A DNA stretch of 64,000 nt from contig JADBJK010000015.1 of assembly GCA_014874485.1 (NCBI GenBank), positions 55,955 through 119,954 of the forward strand. Direction: 5' to 3'. Below the pieces are notes generated by a model. The model worked only from the letters and a program-made list of their open reading frames with translations, ran no database searches and had not been told where the DNA came from. Of this stretch, positions 8,869-17,358 are shown in pieces (the first letter of the stretch is position 1; the number at the start of each line of letters is the position of its first letter). Position numbers and translations under genes: made by a program. Source of the stretch: Chloroflexota bacterium. Its GTDB lineage: Bacteria > Chloroflexota > Anaerolineae > DTLA01.

Positions 8869-10290
8869 ATGCAAAAGATCACGATAGAACCCGTAACGCG
8901 AATTGAGGGCCACGCCAAGGTTACCATCCACCTGAACGACGAGGGCAAGGTGGAGCGGGCCTTCTTCCACGTGAACGAGTGGCGTGGGTTTGAGAAGTTC
9001 AGCGAGGGGCGGCCCTTCTTTGAGATGGTTCAGATCACCCCGCGCATCTGCGGCATTTGCCCGGTGAGCCATCACCTGGCGTCGGCCAAGGCGTGCGACC
9101 GCGTCGCGGGGGTCGAACCGCCCAGGACGGCCAAACTCCTGCGCGAACTGATGCACATGGGGCAGTTCATCCAGTCCCACTCCATGCACTTCTTTGAACT
9201 GGCGGGGCCAGACCTGCTGCTGGGGTTTGACGCGGACCCCGCCATCCGCAACGTGGTGGGCATCGTCCAGGCGAACCCCGACCTGGCGCTGAAGGCGGTG
9301 CGCCTGCGCGGGTTCGGCCAGGACATCATCAAGCGCCTGGGCGGCAAGCGCGTGCACCCGGTCTTCGCCGTGCCCGGCGGCGTCAACGCGCCCCTGTCCG
9401 TCAAGGACCGCGACGCCATCCTGAGCCAGGTGGACGAGATGACCGAGGTCATCAAGACCGGCATCGCCATCGGCAAGCAGTGGTACGAGGCCAACATGGA
9501 CCTCGTCAACCAGTTCGCCGTGTTCCCCTCGTCCTACATGGGGCTGGTGGACGAGGAGGGCGGCCTGCAACTGTACGAAGGCAAGGTGCGGCTGGTGGAC
9601 AAGGACGGCCGGAAACTGGAGGAGTTTGACGCCCAGGACTACCTGACGTACATCGGCGAGCACGTGGAAGACTGGTCGTACCTGAAGTTCCCCTTCTACC
9701 GCAAGATGGGCTGGCCCAACGGCACGTACCGCGTTGGCCCGCTGGGGCGGCTGAACGCTGCTACCAAGATCAACACGCCCATGGCCAACGAGGAGTTCAA
9801 GGTCTGGAAGTCCATCAACGGCGGCAAGCCGGTGGAAGGCACCCTGTGGTTCCACTACGCCCGCCTGATAGAGGACCTGTACGCCATGGAGCGCGTCCGC
9901 GAGATTCTGGAGGACCCCGACATCCTGTCCACGGACATCGTCGCGGATTCCACGGGGTTCGTGGGCCAGGGCGTCGGGTGCGTGGAGGCTCCGCGCGGGA
10001 CTCTGTTCCACCACTACCAGACCGACGCCAACGGCATGCTGACCAAGGTCAACCTCATCGTCGCCACAGGCCACAACAACTGGGCGATGAGCAAGTCGGT
10101 GGAGATGGTGGCCAAGGCGTTCGTGGACGGCACCAAGTTGACGGAAGGGATGCTGAACCGCGTGGAGGCGGCCATCCGCGCCCACGACCCGTGCCTGTCG
10201 TGCTCTACCCACGCCGTCGGGGCCATGCCCATCGTGATTGAGATGTACGGCCCGGATGGCGCACTGGTGCACCGCCTGACCCGCGACTAG
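8869..10290 (+). CDS. hoxH: [NiFe] hydrogenase large subunit, NAD-reducing type (HoxH)
   Basis: The N-terminal Ni-binding motifs RIEGH and RICGICPVSH are present. The C-terminal DPCLSCSTH is followed by a 24-aa extension, the substrate for endopeptidase cleavage. Confidence 0.9.
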   Translation: MQKITIEPVTRIEGHAKVTIHLNDEGKVERAFFHVNEWRGFEKFSEGRPFFEMVQITPRICGICPVSHHLASAKACDRVAGVEPPRTAKLLRELMHMGQFIQSHSMHFFELAGPDLLLGFDADPAIRNVVGIVQANPDLALKAVRLRGFGQDIIKRLGGKRVHPVFAVPGGVNAPLSVKDRDAILSQVDEMTEVIKTGIAIGKQWYEANMDLVNQFAVFPSSYMGLVDEEGGLQLYEGKVRLVDKDGRKLEEFDAQDYLTYIGEHVEDWSYLKFPFYRKMGWPNGTYRVGPLGRLNAATKINTPMANEEFKVWKSINGGKPVEGTLWFHYARLIEDLYAMERVREILEDPDILSTDIVADSTGFVGQGVGCVEAPRGTLFHHYQTDANGMLTKVNLIVATGHNNWAMSKSVEMVAKAFVDGTKLTEGMLNRVEAAIRAHDPCLSCSTHAVGAMPIVIEMYGPDGALVHRLTRD

Positions 10291-10317
10291 AACTTTACCA
10301 CAGAGAAAATTGGCTGC

Positions 10318-10469
10318 TGTCATTGCGAGCGAAGCGAAGCAATCTCACGCCCTATCTGTCATGCTGAGCGAAGCGAAGCATCTCGGTTGGCGAGATTCTT
10401 CGCGGCTGGGCCGCTCAGAATGACAATCTACCGGGATTGCTTCGGGCGCTGCGCGCCCTCGCAATGACA
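10318..10469. mobile_element. MITE-like element, copy 1 (152 bp; 12-bp terminal inverted repeats TGTCATTGCGAG / CTCGCAATGACA)
   Basis: The termini are a perfect inverted pair. Inside is a nested inverted pair GTCATGCTGAG...CTCAGAATGAC, and the same architecture recurs at four or more other loci in this window. Confidence 0.7.
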
Positions 10470-10521
10470 AACTATCAAGAATCCCTGTGGCAAAATACGA
10501 GGCGGATAGCCGAGGAATCCC

Positions 10522-10563
10522 GCAGACCTCCGAGGGCCTTCCCGACCTCGGAGGTCTGCTTTT
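10522..10563 (+). terminator. Rho-independent terminator downstream of hoxH
   Basis: A 14-bp perfect stem (GCAGACCTCCGAGG...CCTCGGAGGTCTGC) is followed by a CTTTT tract. Confidence 0.6.
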
Positions 10564-10589
10564 GACGCCCTGGCCCCGTGGGATACAAT
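10562..10589 (+). promoter_or_regulatory. Sigma70-like promoter for the hoxW-hyp operon (TTGACG-N16-TACAAT)
   Basis: The hexamers lie immediately after the terminator T-tract, 58 nt upstream of hoxW. Confidence 0.4.
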
Positions 10590-10646
10590 AGCCAGGACAA
10601 CGCAAAGACGCGCTGAGACGTTCACGGGCGCGCTGGGACTGGACGG

Positions 10647-11132
10647 ATGAGACGGACCCTGGTCATCGGATACGGGAACCCCTACCGCCGCGACGACGGC
10701 GTGGCGTTGCACGTCGCCAACCTCTTGCGGGCGGAGCAGGGGCTGCGACCTCTGGCCCTGGACGAAGACGGCCTGGATGCGTGCGGCCATCCCCTGGACA
10801 CGGTGGTGCTCCACCAGTTGCTGCCCGAAATCGCGCCCATGCTGGCCGACTACGACCTGGTCGTGTTCGTGGATGCCCACACCGGCGTAATACCGGATGA
10901 CGTCCGCGTGCTGCCCGTGCAGGAGGAGTACGGCTTCCAGGCGGTTACCCATCACATGAGCCCGGGCATGATGCTGGCGCTGGCGCGGGCAGCGCGGGGT
11001 CGGGCGCCGGATGCCGCGCTGGTCTCCATTCGGGGCGAGGACTTTGATTTCGGCGAGGGCCTGTCGGCGGGGTGCAAGGCTCGCGCGGATGCGGCCGCCC
11101 GCGCCATCCTGGACATGGCCGGCAGGGAGTAG
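10647..11132 (+). CDS. hoxW: Hydrogenase maturation endopeptidase (HoxW/HycI family)
   Basis: The product has the GYGNPYRRDDGVALHV signature (GxGNxxxxDDGxG) and is 161 aa long. Confidence 0.85.
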   Translation: MRRTLVIGYGNPYRRDDGVALHVANLLRAEQGLRPLALDEDGLDACGHPLDTVVLHQLLPEIAPMLADYDLVVFVDAHTGVIPDDVRVLPVQEEYGFQAVTHHMSPGMMLALARAARGRAPDAALVSIRGEDFDFGEGLSAGCKARADAAARAILDMAGRE

Positions 11133-11138
11133 GTCGCC

Positions 11139-11480
11139 GTGCACGAACTGCCCGTTACCGAGCAAATCCTCAAGGTCGTGCTGGATCACGCGCGCAAGGC
11201 GGAGGCGCACCGCGTCGTGCACGTCAACCTCGTCATCGGCGACCTGACCACGTTCGTGGACGAGAGCATCCAATTCTACTTTGATTTCCTGTCGCGCGGG
11301 ACCGAGGCGGAGGGCGCGACCCTGCACATCCGCCGCATTCCGGCCCGCGTGCGGTGTCATGCCTGCGGCGGCGAGTTCGCGCCCGACGGCGTGGACTGGC
11401 GCTGCCCCCACTGCGGCGGCCTGGGCGGGGAAGTGCTCGCGGGCCGCGAGTCGTACATAGAGAGCATTGAGGTGGAATAG
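11139..11480 (+). CDS. hypA: Hydrogenase nickel insertion protein HypA
   Basis: The N-terminal MHE motif and the Zn site CHACGG...CPHCGG are present; the product is 113 aa. Confidence 0.85.
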   Translation: MHELPVTEQILKVVLDHARKAEAHRVVHVNLVIGDLTTFVDESIQFYFDFLSRGTEAEGATLHIRRIPARVRCHACGGEFAPDGVDWRCPHCGGLGGEVLAGRESYIESIEVE

Positions 11481-11485
11481 CCCCC

Positions 11486-12151
11486 ATGAAGAAAGTGGAA
11501 GTCGTAACCGACATCATGAGTGCCAACGACCAGATCGCCCAGGAGAACGCCGAAACCCTCCGGGCGCATGGCATCCTCACGGTGAACCTGATGGCATCGC
11601 CCGGGGCCGGCAAGACCAGCCTCATCCTGGAGACCGCGCGGGCGCTTGACGGCCGCCTGCGCCTGGGCGTGATTGAGGGCGACGTGGCCTCGCGCATTGA
11701 CGCGGACAAGGTCGCCGCCGCGGGGATTCCCGTGGTGCAGATCAACACCGGCGGCGCGTGCCACCTGGACGCGCCCATGATCCGCCAGGCGCTCCGCGCG
11801 CTCCCGCTGGACGAGATAGACCTGCTCATCGTGGAAAACGTCGGCAACCTCATCTGCCCGGTGGAGTTTCGCCTGGGCGAGACGCTGCGCGTCATGATCG
11901 CCAGCGTGCCCGAAGGCCACGACAAGCCCTACAAGTACCCGGGCATCTTCACGGCAGTGGAGGCCGTCGTCATCAACAAGATGGATTTGGCCCCCTACGT
12001 GGACTTTGACCTGGGCGCGCTGCACGAGGCCATACGGGGCATGAACCCGCGCGCCGAAATCTTTGAGGTCTCCTGCCGCACGGGCGAAGGCATTGGCCGA
12101 TGGGCCGAATGGCTCTGGGCGCAGTGGCAGGCGTATCGGCCGGCGAAGTAG
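11486..12151 (+). CDS. hypB: Hydrogenase nickel incorporation GTPase HypB
   Basis: The product has a P-loop (ASPGAGKTS) and a CH metal motif (GGACHLD), and is 221 aa long. Confidence 0.85.
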   Translation: MKKVEVVTDIMSANDQIAQENAETLRAHGILTVNLMASPGAGKTSLILETARALDGRLRLGVIEGDVASRIDADKVAAAGIPVVQINTGGACHLDAPMIRQALRALPLDEIDLLIVENVGNLICPVEFRLGETLRVMIASVPEGHDKPYKYPGIFTAVEAVVINKMDLAPYVDFDLGALHEAIRGMNPRAEIFEVSCRTGEGIGRWAEWLWAQWQAYRPAK

Positions 12152-12172
12152 GGGGAGAGGGCGGTCCCGGAC

Positions 12173-14560
12173 ATGGCCTCGGTTGTCGCCAATCGGTTCA
12201 AGGTAACCGGCGTGGTGCAGGGGGTGGGTTTCCGCCCCTTTGTGTACGGCCTGGCGGTGGGGCTGGGGCTGCGCGGCTGGGTCATCAACACGTCGTCGGG
12301 CGTGGTGATTGAGGTGGAAGGCCCGCCCGATGCCCTGGATGCCTTCGCGCGCGACCTGGTGGCGAAGGCCCCGCCCGTGGCGCGCATAGAGACCGTGCAG
12401 CGGGAGGAGATTCCGCCCAACGGCTGGGAGCGGTTTGAAATCCGCGAGAGCCGGGCCGAGGCTGGGTACGTGCTCATCTCGCCGGACATCGCCACCTGCC
12501 CCGAATGCCTGCGCGAACTGTTTGATCCCAACGACCGCCGCTACCGCTATCCGTTCATCAACTGCACCAACTGCGGGCCGCGTTTCACCATCATCGCCGA
12601 CGTGCCTTACGACCGGCCCCTGACCACCATGGCCGCGTTCCAAATGTGCCCGGAATGCCAGGCCGAGTACGATGACCCGCTGAACCGCCGATTCCACGCG
12701 CAGCCCAACGCCTGCCCCGTGTGCGGGCCGCGGGTGTGGCTTGTGCCCGCTTCGGCGCAGGACGCCGAGGCGCTGACCCCGCCCGCGGGCGACCCGGCCA
12801 ACGCCGAGGTGCTCGCCGAGGCAGCGCGCTTGCTGCGGGGAGGCGCCATCCTCGCCATCAAGGGCCTGGGCGGGTTCCACCTGGCCTGCGATGCGACCAA
12901 CCCCGACGCAGTGCGCACGCTGCGGGAACGCAAGCGCCGCCCGGCGAAGCCCTTGGCGGTGATGATGGCCTCGCTGGACGAGGTGCGCCAGCATTGCGAG
13001 ATCACGCCCGACGAGGAGGCGCTCCTGACCTCGCGCCAGTGCCCCATCGTCCTGCTGGAGTGGAAGCGCGACTCCACAGTTGTGGAGGAGGTGGCGCCGA
13101 ACAACCGCTACCTGGGCGTGATGCTCCCCTACACGCCGCTGCACCATATTCTGCTCCGCGACGCCGGGCGGCCGCTGGTCATGACGAGCGGCAACCTGTC
13201 GGAGGAGCCTATCGCGCAGGACAACGAGGAGGCCTGGCGTCGGCTGCGCGGCCTGGCCGATTGGTTTCTGCTCCACAACCGGGCCATCTACGCCCGCTAC
13301 GATGACAGCGTCTGGTTTGTGCCGCGCGTCCCCGACGGCAAGGCGGGTGCCGAGTCGGTGCCCCAGCCGCTGCGCCGCTCGCGGGGCTACGCGCCGTATC
13401 CCGTGCGCCTGCCCTTCCGCGCCCGCACGGTGCTGGCCACCGGCCCGGAACTCAAGAACACCTTCTGCATCACCCGCGACGAGCATGCCTTCGTTAGCCC
13501 CCACATCGGCGACATGGAGAACCTGGAGACGCTGGAGCACTACGAGACGGCCATGGGCCTCTACGAGCGGCTGTTCCGCCTGCGGCCTGATGCGATAGCC
13601 TGCGACCTGCACCCCGACTACCTGGCGACGCGCTACGCCCACGAGCGGGCCGAGCGGGAGCGCCTGCCCCTCATCGGCGTGCAGCACCACCACGCCCACA
13701 TCGCGGCGTGCATGGTGGACAACGGTATCACCGAGCCGGTCATCGGCGTGGCCCTGGACGGCACGGGGTACGGCCTGGACGGGCGAATCTGGGGCGGCGA
13801 GTGGCTGGTCGCCGACCTGCGCGGGTTCCGCCGCGCCGCGTGGCTGGAGCCGCTCCCGCTCCCCGGCGGCGACGCGGGCATCCGCAACCCGTGCCGCATC
13901 GCGTATGCGTACCTGCATGCGCTGTTCGGCGAAGTCCCCGCGCTGCCCTTCCTGGCGCAGATGGACGAGGCCGAAATCGCCGCCGTGCAGCGGCAGGTGG
14001 AGCGCGGCCTGAACACCGTTCTGACCACGTCCTGCGGCCGGCTGTTTGACGCCGTCGCAGCGATGGCCGGCGGGCGGGGCCGCGTTACCTACGAGGCGCA
14101 GGCGGCCATTGAGATGGAGATGGCATCGGAGGGCGACGAGGGCGACCCCTACGGGTACTTCTTCCGCTGGGCGGAGCCGCTCGCCTGGGGGAACACGGAT
14201 GCCTTGCCCCCGCTGGCCTGCGCCTTTGAGGTCGCCCTGAAGCCGCTGCTGGCGGGCGTCGTGCGCGATGTCCAGGCCGGGCGGATGCTGGGCGAAGTGG
14301 GCGGGCGCTTCCACCGCACGCTGGCGAACATGATCGCCGACCTGTGCTGCATGATCGCGCAGGGCACCGGCCTCGCGACGGTGGCCCTGTCGGGCGGGTG
14401 CTTCCAGAACCGCCTGCTGCTGGAACAGTCGGTGGGCGAACTCCGACGGCGCGGGCTGCGCGTGCTGCTGCACCGCCAGGTTCCGGCCAACGACGGCGGC
14501 GTGTCGCTGGGCCAGGCGGCCATCGGCCACTTTGCCCTTGAGGAGGGGCGGGCGCGATGA
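12173..14560 (+). CDS. hypF: Carbamoyltransferase HypF
   Basis: It contains an acylphosphatase domain (VQGVGFRPFVY), two CxxC...CxxC zinc fingers, and YrdC and Kae1-like domains, for 795 aa in total. Confidence 0.9.
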   Translation: MASVVANRFKVTGVVQGVGFRPFVYGLAVGLGLRGWVINTSSGVVIEVEGPPDALDAFARDLVAKAPPVARIETVQREEIPPNGWERFEIRESRAEAGYVLISPDIATCPECLRELFDPNDRRYRYPFINCTNCGPRFTIIADVPYDRPLTTMAAFQMCPECQAEYDDPLNRRFHAQPNACPVCGPRVWLVPASAQDAEALTPPAGDPANAEVLAEAARLLRGGAILAIKGLGGFHLACDATNPDAVRTLRERKRRPAKPLAVMMASLDEVRQHCEITPDEEALLTSRQCPIVLLEWKRDSTVVEEVAPNNRYLGVMLPYTPLHHILLRDAGRPLVMTSGNLSEEPIAQDNEEAWRRLRGLADWFLLHNRAIYARYDDSVWFVPRVPDGKAGAESVPQPLRRSRGYAPYPVRLPFRARTVLATGPELKNTFCITRDEHAFVSPHIGDMENLETLEHYETAMGLYERLFRLRPDAIACDLHPDYLATRYAHERAERERLPLIGVQHHHAHIAACMVDNGITEPVIGVALDGTGYGLDGRIWGGEWLVADLRGFRRAAWLEPLPLPGGDAGIRNPCRIAYAYLHALFGEVPALPFLAQMDEAEIAAVQRQVERGLNTVLTTSCGRLFDAVAAMAGGRGRVTYEAQAAIEMEMASEGDEGDPYGYFFRWAEPLAWGNTDALPPLACAFEVALKPLLAGVVRDVQAGRMLGEVGGRFHRTLANMIADLCCMIAQGTGLATVALSGGCFQNRLLLEQSVGELRRRGLRVLLHRQVPANDGGVSLGQAAIGHFALEEGRAR

Positions 14561-15654
14561 AGTTCATAGACGAGTTCCGCGACCCTCGGTTGGCCCGCTC
14601 GCTGGTGGAGCGCATCCGCCAGCGCGCGCGCAAGCCCATGCGCCTGATGGAGTTCTGCGGCGGACACACCCACGCCATCCTGCGATTCGGCATTCGCCAG
14701 GCGCTGCCGCCGACGGTGGAGATGCTGTCGGGGCCCGGGTGCCCGGTGTGCGTTACCGCCGCCGCGGACCTGGACCGGGCCATCGCCATGGCGGGTGTGC
14801 CGGGAGTCATCCTGGCCACCTTCGGCGACATGATCCGCGTGCCGGGGAGCCGCGAGAGCCTGCAGCAGGCCAAAGCGCGGGGCGCGGACATCCGCATCGT
14901 GTACTCGCCGCTGGACGCCGTGCGGCTGGCGGAGCAGAACCCGTCGCGGCCCGTGATCTTCCTGGGCGTGGGGTTTGAGACGACGGCCCCGGGCGTGGCG
15001 GCTTCCGTCCTGGACGCGCACGCGCGCGGGGTTGGCAACTACTACGTACTGTGCCTGCACAAACTCACGCCGCCCGCTACCCGCGCCATCTTGGATTCGG
15101 GCGAGGTCAACCTGTCGGGCGTCCTGGGGCCGGGACACGTTACCACCGTCATCGGGACGAAGGCGTGGGAGTTCCTGCCGCGCGAGTACGGCGTGCCCAT
15201 CGCCATCGCGGGATTTGAGCCGCTGGACATCCTGCGGGGCATCTCCCTGCTGGTGGAGCGGATTGCGGAGGGCGAGGCGCGCGTGGACAATGCCTATTCC
15301 CGCAGCGTGCTCCCGGAAGGGAATCGGGCGGCCCAGGACATGATGGCCCGCGTGTTTGAGGTGGCCGACGCCGAGTGGCGCGGGCTGGGGACGATACCGG
15401 CCAGCGGCCTGTGCATACGGCCGGAGTTCCAGGCCCACGACGCGGCGCGCGCGTTTCCGGTGGACGTGCCGCCGTCGCGGGAACCGCCAGGATGCCGCTG
15501 TGGGGACGTCTTGCGGGGCGTCTTGGCTCCGCCTTCGTGCCCGTTGTTCGGCAGAGCGTGCACGCCGGAGCACCCCGTCGGCCCGTGCATGGTGTCGGCC
15601 GAGGGGGCCTGCGCCGCCTACTATCAGTTTGGAGATGCGGGACATGAAGGATGA
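14557..15654 (+). CDS. hypD: Hydrogenase maturation factor HypD
   Basis: The motifs EFCGGHTHAI and GPGCPVCV are present. The start overlaps the hypF stop (ATGA). Confidence 0.85.
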   Translation: MKFIDEFRDPRLARSLVERIRQRARKPMRLMEFCGGHTHAILRFGIRQALPPTVEMLSGPGCPVCVTAAADLDRAIAMAGVPGVILATFGDMIRVPGSRESLQQAKARGADIRIVYSPLDAVRLAEQNPSRPVIFLGVGFETTAPGVAASVLDAHARGVGNYYVLCLHKLTPPATRAILDSGEVNLSGVLGPGHVTTVIGTKAWEFLPREYGVPIAIAGFEPLDILRGISLLVERIAEGEARVDNAYSRSVLPEGNRAAQDMMARVFEVADAEWRGLGTIPASGLCIRPEFQAHDAARAFPVDVPPSREPPGCRCGDVLRGVLAPPSCPLFGRACTPEHPVGPCMVSAEGACAAYYQFGDAGHEG

Positions 15655-16651
15655 GGCCATCCTGCTCGCCCACGGCAGCGGCGGGCGGCTGACGCACGAA
15701 CTGATCCGCGACCTGTTCCTGAGCGAGTTGTCCAATCCGTTCCTGGACGCGCTGGGCGACGCCGCTGTCCTGCCGCCGCAGAGCGGCCGCCTGGCCCTGA
15801 CCACCGACTCCTACGTGGTTCGGCCGGTCTTCTTCCCTGGCGGGGACATCGGCAAACTGGCCGTGTGCGGCACGGTCAACGACCTGAGCATGGTGGGCGC
15901 GCGCCCGCTTTTCCTGACCATCGGGTTCATCCTGGAGGAAGGGCTGCCCTTCGCCGACCTGCGGCGCATCGTGCGCTCGGCGGCGCAGACGGCCCGCGAG
16001 GCTGGCGTCCAGATTGTGGCCGGCGACACGAAGGTGGTGGACCGGGGCAGCGCCGACCAGGTGTTCATCAACACGGCGGGCGTGGGCCTCATTCCGGAGG
16101 GGGTCTCCCTGTCGCCGAGCGCCATCCGTCCGGGCGACGTCGTCCTCGTGTCGGGGACCGTGGGCGACCACGGGATTGCCGTCATGGCCCAGCGGGAAGG
16201 GTTGGGGCTGAGCACGTCGCTGGCCAGCGACTGCGCCCCCCTGAACGGTCTGGCGCAGGCCGTGGTGGCGTGCGGCGGCGTGCGGGTCATGCGCGACCCC
16301 ACGCGCGGCGGCCTGGCGACCACGCTGGTGGAACTGGCGCAGGCAGGCGGCGTGGGCCTAGAGATTGACGAGAGCGCCGTGCCCGTCAAGGATGCCGTGC
16401 GGGGCGCGTGCGAACTCCTGGGCCTGGACCCGCTGTACGTCGCCAACGAGGGCAAGTTGGTGGCGGTGGTGGCAGCCGAGGCGGCGGACGCTGCCCTCGC
16501 CGCGATGCAGGCGCACCCGCTGGGCCGCGATGCCCGCATCATCGGGCGCGCCACCGATGGGCATCCGGGGCGGGTCGTCCTGAAGACGCTGCTGGGCGTG
16601 TCCAGGGTTGTAGAGATGCTGACGGGCGAGCAGTTGCCCAGGATATGCTGA
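15635..16651 (+). CDS. hypE: Hydrogenase maturation factor HypE (start at internal ATG 15635 or 15644; the upstream part of the track ORF is an artefact overlapping hypD)
   Basis: The product is an AIR-synthase-like fold (MKDEAILLAHGSGG...) that overlaps the hypD stop. Confidence 0.8.
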   Translation: MRDMKDEAILLAHGSGGRLTHELIRDLFLSELSNPFLDALGDAAVLPPQSGRLALTTDSYVVRPVFFPGGDIGKLAVCGTVNDLSMVGARPLFLTIGFILEEGLPFADLRRIVRSAAQTAREAGVQIVAGDTKVVDRGSADQVFINTAGVGLIPEGVSLSPSAIRPGDVVLVSGTVGDHGIAVMAQREGLGLSTSLASDCAPLNGLAQAVVACGGVRVMRDPTRGGLATTLVELAQAGGVGLEIDESAVPVKDAVRGACELLGLDPLYVANEGKLVAVVAAEAADAALAAMQAHPLGRDARIIGRATDGHPGRVVLKTLLGVSRVVEMLTGEQLPRIC

Positions 16652-16673
16652 GGCCCACAGGCCCGCGCTCACC

Positions 16674-16702
16674 TTGACGCGGCCCGCATTTGGTCGTATA
16701 AT
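16674..16702 (+). promoter_or_regulatory. Strong sigma70-like promoter (TTGACG-N17-TATAAT) for the fds operon
   Basis: The consensus hexamers have ideal spacing, about 190 nt upstream of fdsG. Confidence 0.55.
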
Positions 16703-16890
16703 GCGTTTACTTCGCCATTGCATTGGAGAGAACCCGCCATGTTGTGCAACGCAGCCAGCATGATGTGTGGAAAGCATCCTCATCCGTTCGGCATCCCCAC
16801 ACCTGGCTCCAGTTCGGCGTCCATATCCAGCGGCTGCCCGTTGCCCATGTGCGGCCGCTGCTGCAGAATCGCCCCTGAAAGGAGGTCGCC

Positions 16891-17358
16891 TTGAACGACA
16901 AACTCCGTGAAGTCCTGCAAGCGCCGGTAACCGGCAAAGGAGACCTCATCCCGCTGCTCCAAAAGGCTCAGGAGGCCGAGGGATACGTCTCCGAGGAGGC
17001 CATCTACGCCATCGCCGAGAAACTGCGCATTCCCGCCAGCGAGGTGTTCGGCGTGTTGTCCTTCTACGCGCAGTTTCGGCTGCGTCCCATGGGCAAGCAC
17101 AACGTCAAGATATGCCGGGGCACGGCCTGCCACGTGCGCGGCTCGCCCCTTATCGTTACCGCTGTGGAGAGCGAACTGAAACTGGGCGGCGGCGAGGATA
17201 CGACTTCGGATGGCTTGTTCACGGTGGAGAAAATCGCCTGCTTCGGGGCGTGCAGCCTGGCGCCGGTGATGGTGGTGAACGGGCGCACCTACGGGAACCT
17301 GAGTCCGGACAAGGCGCGCCGCCTGATTCGCAAGATCGCGGAGGAAGAACATGTATAG
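16891..17358 (+). CDS. fdsG: NAD-dependent formate dehydrogenase gamma subunit (NuoE-like [2Fe-2S])
   Basis: The 155-aa product has the CRGTACHVRG...CFGACSLAP motif. It is a paralogue of hoxE. Confidence 0.75.
   Translation: MNDKLREVLQAPVTGKGDLIPLLQKAQEAEGYVSEEAIYAIAEKLRIPASEVFGVLSFYAQFRLRPMGKHNVKICRGTACHVRGSPLIVTAVESELKLGGGEDTTSDGLFTVEKIACFGACSLAPVMVVNGRTYGNLSPDKARRLIRKIAEEEHV

Noticed and set aside
15356-16651. 431-aa HypE with a 93-aa N-terminal extension (also the 579-aa purA ORF from 58066 and the 874-aa murF ORF from 49711)
   Set aside because: The extensions overlap upstream genes or intergenic repeats and are Arg/Pro-rich artefacts. The conserved protein starts at internal ATGs immediately after the upstream stop codons.
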